A model generated the notes under the pieces. The model was given only the letters and a program-made list of their open reading frames with translations, did not search any database and was not told the origin of the DNA. A DNA stretch of 26,109 nt from Paraphysomonas bandaiensis (Eukaryota > Protista > Chrysophyceae), in NCBI GenBank assembly GCA_965644295.1, contig CBFFRP010000302.1, positions 1 to 26,109 on the forward strand. The letters run 5' to 3'. The translations under genes were made by a program, and so were the position numbers. Positions 1-10,037 of the stretch are shown here, in pieces (position 1 is the stretch's first letter; the number at the start of each line of letters is the position of its first letter).

Positions 1-445
1 GTTGATATCTTCTGCAGTCAATATATTTCAGTTTCACTAGGGTCATTCATAATTCATATTATACCATTAGTTCATTGTTCATGTATACATTGTGCATGTG
101 TGCTGCACAGTTTTCTTTAAGTAACAGCAATAATTGAAGTGCCTTAAAATACAGCTTTCAATTGCTTACAGATAACAGACAAGCAAAACTCAGCAATGGA
201 AATCAACATATCTGCTCCAGTAAACGAGAATAGTAAGCTAATTTTAAGAGAAAAGCTCCACAAGTTAAACTAGATAAAGGATAAAGTAGACTTCAGTTCA
301 AATTAAATGGTTGTGTTTATTACGCAATGAACCACCGGATTCGAATATTTATAGTGATATAGGATCTAGGATCTTACTCAAGAAATGTAGAAGATAAACA
401 TAATTTAATACGCAGGTAAAATAGTGATTTTAATTTATACGACTG

Positions 446-2900
446 CTAAGGTGAAAAAGTCGGTATTGAAATTTTGGTTCTCTGTGAAGCCGGTTTACCA
501 TGCGCTTTTGATAGAATACGCTTGAGCTCTTCTCTGTTTGTACCCTCAGGTAATTCCATACAGAGATCCATTGGAGTTCTGCCACCGTTGTCTTTGACAT
601 CCAACGCAGCCCCACAGTATTTCACTAGATATCGAACATTTAACACTCGCTCAGACGCGACGGCACAGTGGAGACTCGTCTGTCCTTCATTATTCGCACT
701 GTTGACATCAGAACCAACACCTTCCACAAGAAACTGTATAGTGGAGAGGTACTCACATTGACAGGCAGTATGCAAGAGCGAATTTCCGGAAGTGCTGTCC
801 CTTATGGACCGCACATCACGCTTAATATTTGGGGCTACTCCAAGCATCCCCTCCAACTTTGGTATATTCGACTCATTCACGACAAGAGTAAAGAGAACAC
901 TATCCTCCTCGTTCTCTGAACTAGGAAATGATAAAATCTCGCTCTTGTGGTCACCAACTTCAGTGGCAGTAGGGGGGTCATTACATTTATCTGTGGATGA
1001 TTGGGTGTCGACGTGATCGTGCTTGATCCACTCACTGTCTCTCACAACCTTCTTTTTCTTCTTATCAGCTGGCATATCTAGTTTGACTTTTGGCACATAT
1101 TTGTCATCATTCGGTTTGGGTGGAAGGAAAGTCGGATTAGAAGGTGGGATGTAAGGTTTGCTTCTAAATCTGGGGTTGGAAGAGGTAGAGGGAGACTCCA
1201 AAGAAGCCCCTCCAACAGAGCTGCTCTCTGTGTTAACTATATTTTCTTGTTGTTCAATTTTATCCTTTTCAGAAAGGGAGTGGTTTTCAGACATCGTCAC
1301 ACATTGATATTGCGATAGAATAAATGAGACCACAGCGTCATCCACCAGCTGATCAGCGGTATGACCGTTTCTATCACGAGCCCTGGTAAGCAAATGCTCT
1401 TCCTGAACCAAATGCTTGATAACTACGTATTGTTGATTTATACACGCCCAATGTAAACAAGTATAACCATTCGTTGTAGACCCAGTCCGCACATCAGGAC
1501 GAACTTCACGGGGAAGTGAGAGAATAAATTTCACCAGTGATATGTGCCCGAAATAACATGCGATATCCAAAGAGCTTCTGCCTTCCCCATCCGGAAAAGA
1601 AAGATCTGCACCGGGAGCACTTGTTAAGACCTTTACAACTTCCATATAATTCTCCATGCAAGCGATATGCATAGCAGATAGCCCTAATATAGGTATCAGA
1701 TACGCAAAGTTACAAACAAAACCACCTACCACAACTATTGGATATCCACAGGGACTCTTGTGGCATTATATCTACAAGATACATAACAAGATCGGGATAG
1801 TTTCCCTGTGTCGCCAGGTGTAAACATGTGCGCCCGTCAGTGGTAGTCAACCCAGCACTAACATATCCATTGGACAAGAGGAACTTCACTACGTGAAGCA
1901 TGCCCCTTTGGCATGCTACATGAATTGGACACAGTCCAGAGTGGTTAGGGTGAGATAGTTTACCGGCAGGGTATAGCTCATACAGGTGGTGTACCAATGA
2001 CAAGTTTCCGGTCTCACAAGCACCGTGTATGAGGGTATTTCCTGCATCATCTGTTCCGACATCTGCCCTCACTCCTTGTTGTTCCATACTGCGAACAACA
2101 ACCTGGGTTGGCTGCAACTTCGCCCACTCAATGAATGCACTATCAGCAGGAGTGTTGGGCTGAGATGAGTACGGGCTTTTGGTATATACATCACTAGAAA
2201 TGACTCGTTTTGTAGGACCAGACATCGGAGTAGCACCATCAGCGGCTGCTGCTGCTACAGCAGCGCTTGAGAGGCTATGAAGGCGAGATGGATCACTGTA
2301 GTCACCCGTAGAAGGCGACGACTGTTTCCGGCCCAAACACTCCGAGACGTGGCTCGGCTCGGCATTCGATGTATCATTCGATGGGGATGGAGTCCAGTTG
2401 CGATTTATATTATCTGTCCTTGACGGCAGAGTAAATCGGCCAGCTGAAGCTGACCTCGACTCCCGCTGACTGTGATATTCCTGTCGCGAATGGGCAGAAG
2501 AAGTGTTTACTGGGGCACGGGATGAACGGGTGTGGATCGGAAATCCTGATGCATTTGTTCTATATCCATGTCCATATCCATGTCCTGAGCCATCATCTCC
2601 ACATACAGATGATGATACAGGCACAGCATCAGGAGCAGCAGATCGAACAGATATCATACTATTAGAATGATTTGTATAGTTTTGAATAGATTTTGAATCT
2701 GATTTTATCTGAGAACGTTTCTTGACTTCAGCTTTATTATTGAGAGATACATTAAGATAGTTATATCCGAGATCATCCATATCGAACACACGCACTGCTT
2801 TATTCGCGCTACTGAGATGTTCTGCCGCATGTTTAGGGTCTAGGGATATGTTACCTAGACTAGGGGAGGGTCTTGAATGGGAAGGATTCATTGTATTCAT
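446..2900 (-). CDS. Ankyrin-repeat protein, 2 exons (2900-1730, 1683-446), ~802 aa, with disordered Ser/Pro-rich N-terminus and linker
   Basis: ORFs 1710..2900 and 446..1732 join in frame through a 46-bp GTAGGT...ATTAG intron (1729-1684), giving ...ISNSC-G-LSAMHIAC. There are multiple canonical ankyrin motifs (GNTLIHGAC, GLCPIHVAC, GRTCLHLA, GYTCLHWAC, GNSLLHTAC, GQTSLHCA, GRTPMDL). Confidence 0.9.
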
Positions 2901-3383
2901 GTCTGGCTATGTTACTGTCTCATTCACTCTCTTAATATATAGATATACACACAGGCAGTACCTACACTCACTATCCATAGGGTGTGTACTACAATATACA
3001 GCAGTATATGTCCACATACATCCATACATATAGATGTCTATATGGTAGATACGGTAGCCCTCCTGTCCCTGAAATTTTCTCTTAATTTTCAATATAAACA
3101 ACCGGTTTGTCCCAATCCAATTGGCACTTTTTGTACGCTGTACGAAGTATATCTACAGTATGTACTGCTGTATGATCATGTAGTCTGCATACATGTACTG
3201 TTCCAAATCTGTATATATGGAGGTACATATGTGTATAGGTACATACTGCACCGTTATATATCACCATATATCATAATATTAACTGACACCTCCACACAGA
3301 GCCCTCCATCCACCCTAACACACACCTTCCCTCCATTCTACCTATCAGTAAAGCTCTCAGGTGTATGCTAAACACAACTGTAT

Positions 3384-4250
3384 ATGAAATTATCTGTACG
3401 GTTCCCTAATGACGAGACCTATAGCATAGATGCAGAGGAGGGGCTGTCTGTGCAAGCACTGCTCCATAAAGTACATGTTTATGGCAAGTGTGGTCTCCCC
3501 AGTCAACTCTCTGCTCTCCATAAAGGGGCACGACTTCAACCTGAGGACATATTAACAGAGAAAAATGTGTCTGACAATGACATCATTGAAATTATTATTA
3601 ACTATGGAACCGTTACGCCATCAGACGGCAGATGCTATGATACTTATATATCTGTAATGACTCCTAACAACGGCGATGATTGTGTACCTCTAGACAAGCA
3701 GCCTGTAATAGTATTTCGATCTAGTTCATGTGGACAGTGTTTACATCTTTCATGCTTTCTAAACATCACAAGTTTACGATCTGATTCATATGGTGGAGAT
3801 ATGGAATCGTCCTTAGGAGCCGAAGAAGCTGCACGGCGAGGATTCGTGAAGTGGTGTGACACGGAACTGACACATAGGGTATGTCTTCTGCAGGTTACGG
3901 ATCCCTACATGCAGAAGAATATTGAAAGCAAGCGGTATAATTTCGCTGGAATTAATGCGGGCTACTCGGGTGGAGATAGGTATAGTTGGCAGCGCTACAC
4001 TTCTAAACTCCCAGTTGATTGCTTTATTCACTTGGATGATATCGACAATTGCATTCGTTTAGTACCTGAGGAACAATTGGCGCCCTCCACAACTTATTGT
4101 ATCGTCTTGCTGCACGGTATTCCCACTCACCCTGACGACGAACTAGATGCCTCTCTCTTTTCGTTCTCTGGACAAGGGATAAGTGAAGATAAGGTTATTT
4201 TCTTCAAAACTCAGGGTGTTAAACCTACGAGGAATTCTTTATTTGGCTAG
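3384..4250 (+). CDS. Ubiquitin-like domain fused to a probable bacterial Ig-like (Big_5/SbsA-type) domain
   Basis: 288-aa ATG ORF. The N-terminal ~72 aa have a Ubl pattern (MKLSVRF...TYSIDAEEGLSV.AL..KV...LHKGARLQPEDILTEKNVSDNDIIEII). The C-terminal part has Big_5-like motifs ISVMTPNNGDDCVPLDKQPVIVF and IRLVPEEQLAPSTTYCIVL...FFKT. Confidence 0.75.
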   Translation: MKLSVRFPNDETYSIDAEEGLSVQALLHKVHVYGKCGLPSQLSALHKGARLQPEDILTEKNVSDNDIIEIIINYGTVTPSDGRCYDTYISVMTPNNGDDCVPLDKQPVIVFRSSSCGQCLHLSCFLNITSLRSDSYGGDMESSLGAEEAARRGFVKWCDTELTHRVCLLQVTDPYMQKNIESKRYNFAGINAGYSGGDRYSWQRYTSKLPVDCFIHLDDIDNCIRLVPEEQLAPSTTYCIVLLHGIPTHPDDELDASLFSFSGQGISEDKVIFFKTQGVKPTRNSLFG

Positions 4251-4297
4251 TATTGTATATGTAAATAGGATAGATATTTCATAATTTAGAGGAAGAG

Positions 4298-4375
4298 TGA
4301 AAAACGGGGGGTGTAAGTGAAATTTTCAAGGAGGGAAGCCCCAATAAAAAAGGCTCGCCTCCCCCCGTTTTTTCA
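4298..4375. repeat. Nested inverted repeat (hairpin or mini-MITE) downstream of the Ubl gene
   Basis: Outer arms TGAAAAACGGGGGG (4298-4311) and CCCCCCGTTTTTTCA (4361-4375). Inner arms GAGGGAAGCC / GGCTCGCCTC (8/10 paired). Confidence 0.5.
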
Positions 4376-5346
4376 TTGTCCATACGCTACAGCAGTTCTG
4401 CAGTCTTTGGTTTCTTTCTCTACATCTACTCTATGTAGTTTTTACGAGATTTGTGTTACCCAGGAATAGTTTTATATTTTATACGATTTATTAATGTTGT
4501 AAGATTTATTGGTGCTAGCAAAATAAGAAATTCAATATTAAAGTCGTATATACTATATACAGATCGTTAAGATATGTTATATTCTATTATTAACAAAAAT
4601 ACAGTGGCATACTACATGATATTAGTTATCATATTATGATACAAATAACGTATGGGACTTAAATCAAGTATTAGTTAGGTACCCATCCGAATCTACCTAA
4701 GTACGTGCTCAGAATGGGGCAAAATATATAGTGTAGCTAGTTGTTTTTCAGTTTTATGTTAGTTACGAAGGAAGTAAATTCAGTTATTGATGTGTGAGTA
4801 TGTAAGATATAGGTTAATGACTTGTGAACATATTGAAGTTGTTGCGAAGTCCTGGTTGTGAAGATAGCTACGTCATTTGTACTAACATCCTCATTTGATC
4901 TATTAATATACATCAGACGAGTAATAGAATATGACTTTGAATGTTTGACGATCTACTTTTAAAAAAGGACCCATCAATGTGGTTCTCCTGAGACTGTGTA
5001 ACAAAATAATAAATGACTGTCAATATTATAATTAAGATAGAAAATAGTCATTTTAAACCGAATATTGAAGTTGAGTGTTTATAATTTATCAGTGTTGATA
5101 TGAGCGCTCTGTTGAACCCAATTACGCAAAATGGAGATGTAATAAACATCTCACATCATTCTCATTATTGTCATCCACAAAAACTACAGTCTATATCGTC
5201 ACAACTACCACAATAATATAGTGTCTATTATTTCAATTGTTCATGTAATACTATTACATTCTACTTAATTATTCAAATAACAGACATACAATTCAAAATA
5301 TACCGCTATAAAATGATTACCAGTAACCAAAATTGCATGTTGGACA

Positions 5347-5553
5347 TTAAGGAGGGTTGTTCTGTGAACGAAGCCAATTCAGAACATCCCAGCGTCCACA
5401 TCTAGCAGCAGCATCACTGCAAGTCCATTCATTCCATGGACATGGAGGGTCCTGTGAACGAAGCCACTTCAGAACATCCAAGTGTCCATCAGATGCAGCA
5501 AAACGGCAAGTATCTTCATCCCATGGACATGGAGGGTCCTGTGAACGAAGCCA
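5347..5553 (-). pseudogene. 3' fragment (about 2.5 units plus stop) of a WLRSQDPPCPW ankyrin-like repeat gene, truncated by a Copia fragment
   Basis: Translation WLRSQDPPCPWDEDTCRFAASDGHLDVLKWLRSQDPPCPWNEWTCSDAAARCGRWDVLNWLRSQNNPP*. Repeat homology stops abruptly at ~5553, where Gag sequence begins. Confidence 0.8.
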
Positions 5554-6907
5554 AAATACGGAAACCAAACGGGATAGCGCAAACTACAGCTCAACAGGCA
5601 AACAGCCGTTTAACCCCCGTCTATCGAAAAAGCAAAAGCACAACGGGCAGCGAAATCCAACAAAACACAAGAAATTCAACAAGTCCAGAGCAACAAGTGC
5701 AAAGTCGCGTGAAGTTATTAAGTGTTTCAGATGCAATGGATCCAACCACATTGCAGCAGAGTGCAAGCACTCTTGGGAACACATACAACAGATGCAGAAG
5801 TCCACAAACAAACGAAACGACGACAAAAGAGGGAAAGGGTATCACTCCAAGAACACATCATCAAAATACCCAAGAAACAGTCATCGGGATTCGAACTCAA
5901 GACTGGAAGACTATGACGATGAGGGGCCAAACGATGACAATGACTACAGTGCATTCTCTGGGATGATCACAGACAATCACGTCCTACATACGGAACACGA
6001 GAAGCAGGACTTCGGCATTCTAGACTCGGGCTACACTACATCAATTACAGCAGCAAGAAGCCTAGTCTCCGAATTCACTTATGACCAAACCACCATCTAC
6101 ACTGCGAAATCAGGATCAGAGATGCAGGCATTGTTGGGCTACGGCAAGCTAGGACGGATCAAAAAGTGCAAGTTAGTCCCAGATGCGTCAAAGACATTAA
6201 TTTCAATCAACCAATTAACAACAGGCGCCAACTGCAATATTGTATTCGGACAAAACGAGGCACGTATATACCACGATGTAATCTTGTTAACCACAGCCAA
6301 GAAACAAAACGGTCTATACGAGGTCAAATTATCCGATTTAGGTTACATCCAAGACCAGTGCAACTTGGAATCAACATCAAGCGGTTCCTCGATTTCCCTG
6401 GCACATCGAAGGTTGACTCACACATCCATTGGCTTAATCCAAAAAGCACTAAAGTTGAATCTTGTAAAAGGAATCACTATATCAAAATCCGACCTGAGCT
6501 CGCCACAGCTACCAGAAGGTCTTTGCGCACAGGGCAAGGCTCACAGGAGGGAACATAGGCGCGAGACAAGGCAAATGATACCGACAAAAACCAGAAGATC
6601 GCAGGAGCTTGGAGGACTTATAGCAGTTGATTTTACTGGACCATTTTCACCTCCAGCGATAGTCACAGGAACCACCGTAGTCTTCGGAGCTACCAATGCA
6701 GCTTCAAAATACAGTTGGACATTCTATGGAAAACACAGAACCGAGGATTTTGTCATTGAGTGCATTCAGAAAATTGTGGATTATCTGCGTTCGAAAGGCA
6801 AACGGCTAATACACTATCATGCTGATGGTGGCCGTGAGCTAGTATCACATCGTGTACTGAACTTGCTGAGAAAATTAGGATCAACCTAGACCTTCAACGC
6901 CCCATAC
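5554..6907 (+). mobile_element. Ty1/Copia LTR retrotransposon gag-pol internal fragment (zinc knuckle, protease, GAG-pre-integrase, partial integrase)
   Basis: CX2CX4HX4C knuckle CFRCNGSNHIAAEC; protease FGILDSG; LAHRRLTH...LCAQGK; integrase IAVDFTGP and YHADGGREL. An in-frame TAG is followed by TFNAPY and then truncation. The PR-IN order indicates Copia. No LTR or RT seen. Confidence 0.9.
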
Positions 6908-7063
6908 AACAAAAATCATGACATTTATAATACTTCTTCTCTGCATAGAACAATGGGCAACTCCAGAAAACTAGAGATTTCTGTATGCCATAATGCACAA
7001 TATTAACAAAGATATTTCAAAACATCCAAAATCCTACACTACGCAGCAGAGCGGCATTTCCTT

Positions 7064-7159
7064 TGGTAGAGGTCAAACTAGTTGTATAGCATTCATCTAG
7101 CTACTAAATTGGTGCAGGCATTCAACGCCCACAGCTAAATAACACGGCTTTAAATATAT
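7064..7159 (+). mobile_element. 5'-truncated copy (3' end only, 96 bp) of the retroposon-like family at 16378-17207 / 21190-21664, with an 11-bp TSD
   Basis: Aligns with ~21571-21667 (TAGCATTCATCTAGCTACTAA.TTGGTGCAGG...AACGCC...AATATAT). Flanked by GGCATTTCCTT at 7053-7063 and 7160-7170. Removing the insert plus one TSD restores the 87-bp repeat register of a 12th ankyrin unit. Confidence 0.8.
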
Positions 7160-8450
7160 GGCATTTCCTTCCAAAACACGGGCATGGAGGGTCCTGTGAA
7201 AGAAGCCACTGCAGAACATCAAATCGTCCACTTCTTGAAGCAGCTTCACAAGTACATGAATTCCATGGGCATGGAGGGTCCTGCGAACGAAGCCACTGCA
7301 GAACATCCAAGTGTCCACCAGCTGCAGCATCACGGCAAGTCTGGGAATTCCATGGACATGGAGGGTCCTGTGAACGAAGCCACTTCAGAACATCCAAGTG
7401 GCCACCTCTTGCAGCACAACAGCAAGCCCATTCATCCCATGGACATGGAGGGTCCTGTGAACGAAGCCACTTCAGAACATCCAAGTGTCCACCTTCTACA
7501 ACAGCATTGCAAGTATCTACACCCCATGGACATGGAGGGTCCTGTGAACGAAGCCACTTCAGAACATCCAAGTGTCCACCAGCTGCAGCAACAAGGCAAG
7601 TATCTTCATCCCATGGACATGGAGGGTCCTGTGAACGAAGCCACTGCAGAACATCCAAATGTCCACCAGCTGCAGCAGCAATGCAAGTATATACATGCCA
7701 TGGACATGGAGGGTCCTGTGAACGAAGCCACTTCAGAACATCCAAGTGTCCACCAGCTGCAGCATCACGGCAAGTCTGGGAACTCCATGGACATGGAGGG
7801 TCCTGTGAACGAAGCCACTGCAGAACATCCAAGTGTCCACCAGCTGCAGCATCACGACAAGTCTGGGAATTCCATGGACATGGAGGGTCCTGTGAACGAA
7901 GCCACTTTAGAATATCCAAGTATCCGCTATATGCAGCTGCATTGCAAGTACATTCACTCCATGGACATGGAGGGTCCTGTGAACGAAGCCACTTCAGAAC
8001 ATCCAAGTGCCCACCTCTTGCAGCATTTCGGCAAGCCTGGGAATTCCATGGGTATGGAGGGTCCTGTGAACGAAGCCACTTCAGAACATCCAAGTGGCCA
8101 CCTCTTGCAGCAGCATTGCAAGTATATTTACTCCATGAATATGGAGGGTCTGTATGTGTGTATATGTGTATCATCTGCTGTAGTCTGCCGTATAGTGCAC
8201 ATGTATTCATTAGTTTGGTATGTGGGCAGCCCATAGACAGAGCCCATGAGACCATTGAGTTGGTCATACAGTAGTGAGATGCATGTGACTCAAGTCTCTC
8301 TCTGCTCTTATCAGTGTATACTATATCGTGAAATCTCTTACAAGTCATGACCACAGGAAGGAGAGCTGCGTGTGGGATCATAGAGATGATGAGACGAACA
8401 ACATCATCGTTAAGAGCAGATATATGCGACATATACGAACACTGATTCAT
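7122..8450 (-). CDS. F-box-like + 11 x 29-aa ankyrin-like repeat protein (paralog A)
   Basis: 442-aa intronless ORF. F-box-like N-terminus LNDDVVRLIISMIP...LLPVVMTCKRFHDIV. Eleven units of xxxTCxxAAxG-GHLDVLxWLRSQDPPCPW at an 87-bp period. The last ~12 aa come from the antisense strand of the inserted element. Confidence 0.88.
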   Translation of the reverse strand: MNQCSYMSHISALNDDVVRLIISMIPHAALLPVVMTCKRFHDIVYTDKSRERLESHASHYCMTNSMVSWALSMGCPHTKLMNTCALYGRLQQMIHIYTHTDPPYSWSKYTCNAAARGGHLDVLKWLRSQDPPYPWNSQACRNAARGGHLDVLKWLRSQDPPCPWSECTCNAAAYSGYLDILKWLRSQDPPCPWNSQTCRDAAAGGHLDVLQWLRSQDPPCPWSSQTCRDAAAGGHLDVLKWLRSQDPPCPWHVYTCIAAAAGGHLDVLQWLRSQDPPCPWDEDTCLVAAAGGHLDVLKWLRSQDPPCPWGVDTCNAVVEGGHLDVLKWLRSQDPPCPWDEWACCCAARGGHLDVLKWLRSQDPPCPWNSQTCRDAAAGGHLDVLQWLRSQDPPCPWNSCTCEAASRSGRFDVLQWLLSQDPPCPCFGRKCHIFKAVLFSCGR

Positions 8451-8850
8451 GGTTTATATGAGGCTGATAGAGTGTTACAGCAGATGATGATTAGGAGATA
8501 TATATGACTGTGAGTGCACAGTATGATATCATGACATAACTATGTATGGTATACTCCCAGTATGATATGGACAACACTGAAGAGGGAGTGGCTGATTGAT
8601 GTACTGTACCTTCAGAGTACAGTACCTACCTACGAGTACTCCTGTACGAACCTACAGAAAATAATAAGACAAAACTCTAAATATCCCTGATTTCGACTGC
8701 AGAAAATAGTAAAAAGCCCTGATAATACGATATACAGTACTGTACATTCTGCTGTATACACTATTCGAGACATTTTTGCACAAAAATAAACAAAGGATGC
8801 CGATATATGTACGAATGTGTTGGGCAGGATCTGTACACACTACTATCGTC

Positions 8851-9060
8851 GGACCCTCATGTCCATGGGGTGAAAAGACTTGTGAAACTGCTGCTAGATT
8901 TGGTAGCTTGGATATTCTGAAGTGGATTCGTTCACAGGACACTCCATGTCCATGGAATGAGTGGACTTGCAATGCAGCTGCAGAGGGTGGACACGTGGAT
9001 GTCCTTATGTGGCTTTGCTCACAGGACCCTCCATGTCCATGGAATAAATGGACTTGCTGT
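8851..9060 (+). pseudogene. Orphan inverted cluster of ~2.5 ankyrin-like repeat cassettes without F-box
   Basis: Translation GPSCPWGEKTCETAARFGSLDILKWIRSQDTPCPWNEWTCNAAAEGGHVDVLMWLCSQDPPCPWNKWTCC. Opposite orientation to gene A, ~400 bp upstream of its ATG. Confidence 0.8.
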
Positions 9061-9215
9061 GTTATTGCAATATATTGTAATTGTATTGTTGAGCCTGTTT
9101 AAAATCTCCATCAATAGTATTGTTGGAACGCTATCTAACAATAGTATTGCAATATATTGTTTCCTTGCCCTGCCTATACAGGAGACTTTGGGATGTGTAT
9201 CACGATTGTTTCTCG

Positions 9216-10037
9216 AAATAGTTGTCTAGATTTGATTAATTAGCAGAACTGACTCACATTTATATGCTCTTTCCTAAATTCTTCAGTTGAAGACACGTGA
9301 GTTATATTATCATATCGTATTTTTCTTGTAGTACTTATTGTATTTTGCATTTCAGTGCGCATAAAGTTGTAATTAACGTGCGTTTGTATGCACTTCTCTC
9401 GCGTAGATGCTAGTCAGAGAAGATTACAGTAATTATAACAATATAACAGTAAAACTATGCTATAAAGCATCAGAACACACTAGCAAGGTGAACAACGAAC
9501 AGGTCCTACCAAATAAATCTAAAACCCACATTAGGTTCCCTTTTATTGACAAGTACTGCATTCAGTGAGAGCATCATCAAAGCCATCTGACTTCCAACTT
9601 CCTGTCCTGACACTCCCATCGGCATAAAATAGTTGTCTAGATTTGATTAATTAGCAGAACTGACTCACATTTATATGCTCTTTCCTAAATTCTTCAGTTG
9701 AAGACACGTGAGTTATATTATCATATCGTATTTTTCTTGTAGTACTTATTGTATTTTGCATTTCAGTGCGCATAAAGTTGTAATTAACGTGCGTTTGTAT
9801 GCACTTCTCTCGCGTAGATGCTAGTCAGAGAAGATTACAGTAATTATAACAATATAACAGTAAAACTATGCTATAAAGCATCAGAACGCACTAGCAAGAT
9901 GAACAACGAACAGGTCCTACCAAATAAATCTAAAACCCACATTAGGTTCCCTTTTATTGACAAGTACTGCATTCAGTGAGAGCATCATCAAAGCCATCTG
10001 ACTTCCAACTTCCTGTCCTGACACTCCCATCGGCATA
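9216..10037. repeat. 411-bp tandem duplication covering the last 84 nt of the Kelch-MORN CDS and its 3' flank
   Basis: Units 9216-9626 and 9627-10037. I see 2 substitutions (AACACAC/AACGCAC; AAGGTG/AAGATG). Confidence 0.95.

Noticed and set aside
5357-6889. 510-aa ORF as a real chimeric gene
   Set aside because: The first ~65 codons are antisense ankyrin repeat with a non-ATG start. The rest is a truncated Copia gag-pol.
7190-8150. CRISPR-like constant-repeat / variable-spacer appearance of the 87-bp arrays
   Set aside because: The period is a multiple of 3, the variable parts are mutually homologous and in frame, the context is eukaryotic, and there are no cas genes.
7184-8274. Long plus-strand ORFs (MDMEGPVNEAT... 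and HGHGGSCERSH...) and similar ones at 22178-23309
   Set aside because: Antisense shadows of the 87-bp coding repeat, which happens to lack stops in these frames. The minus frame has the F-box and ankyrin motifs.
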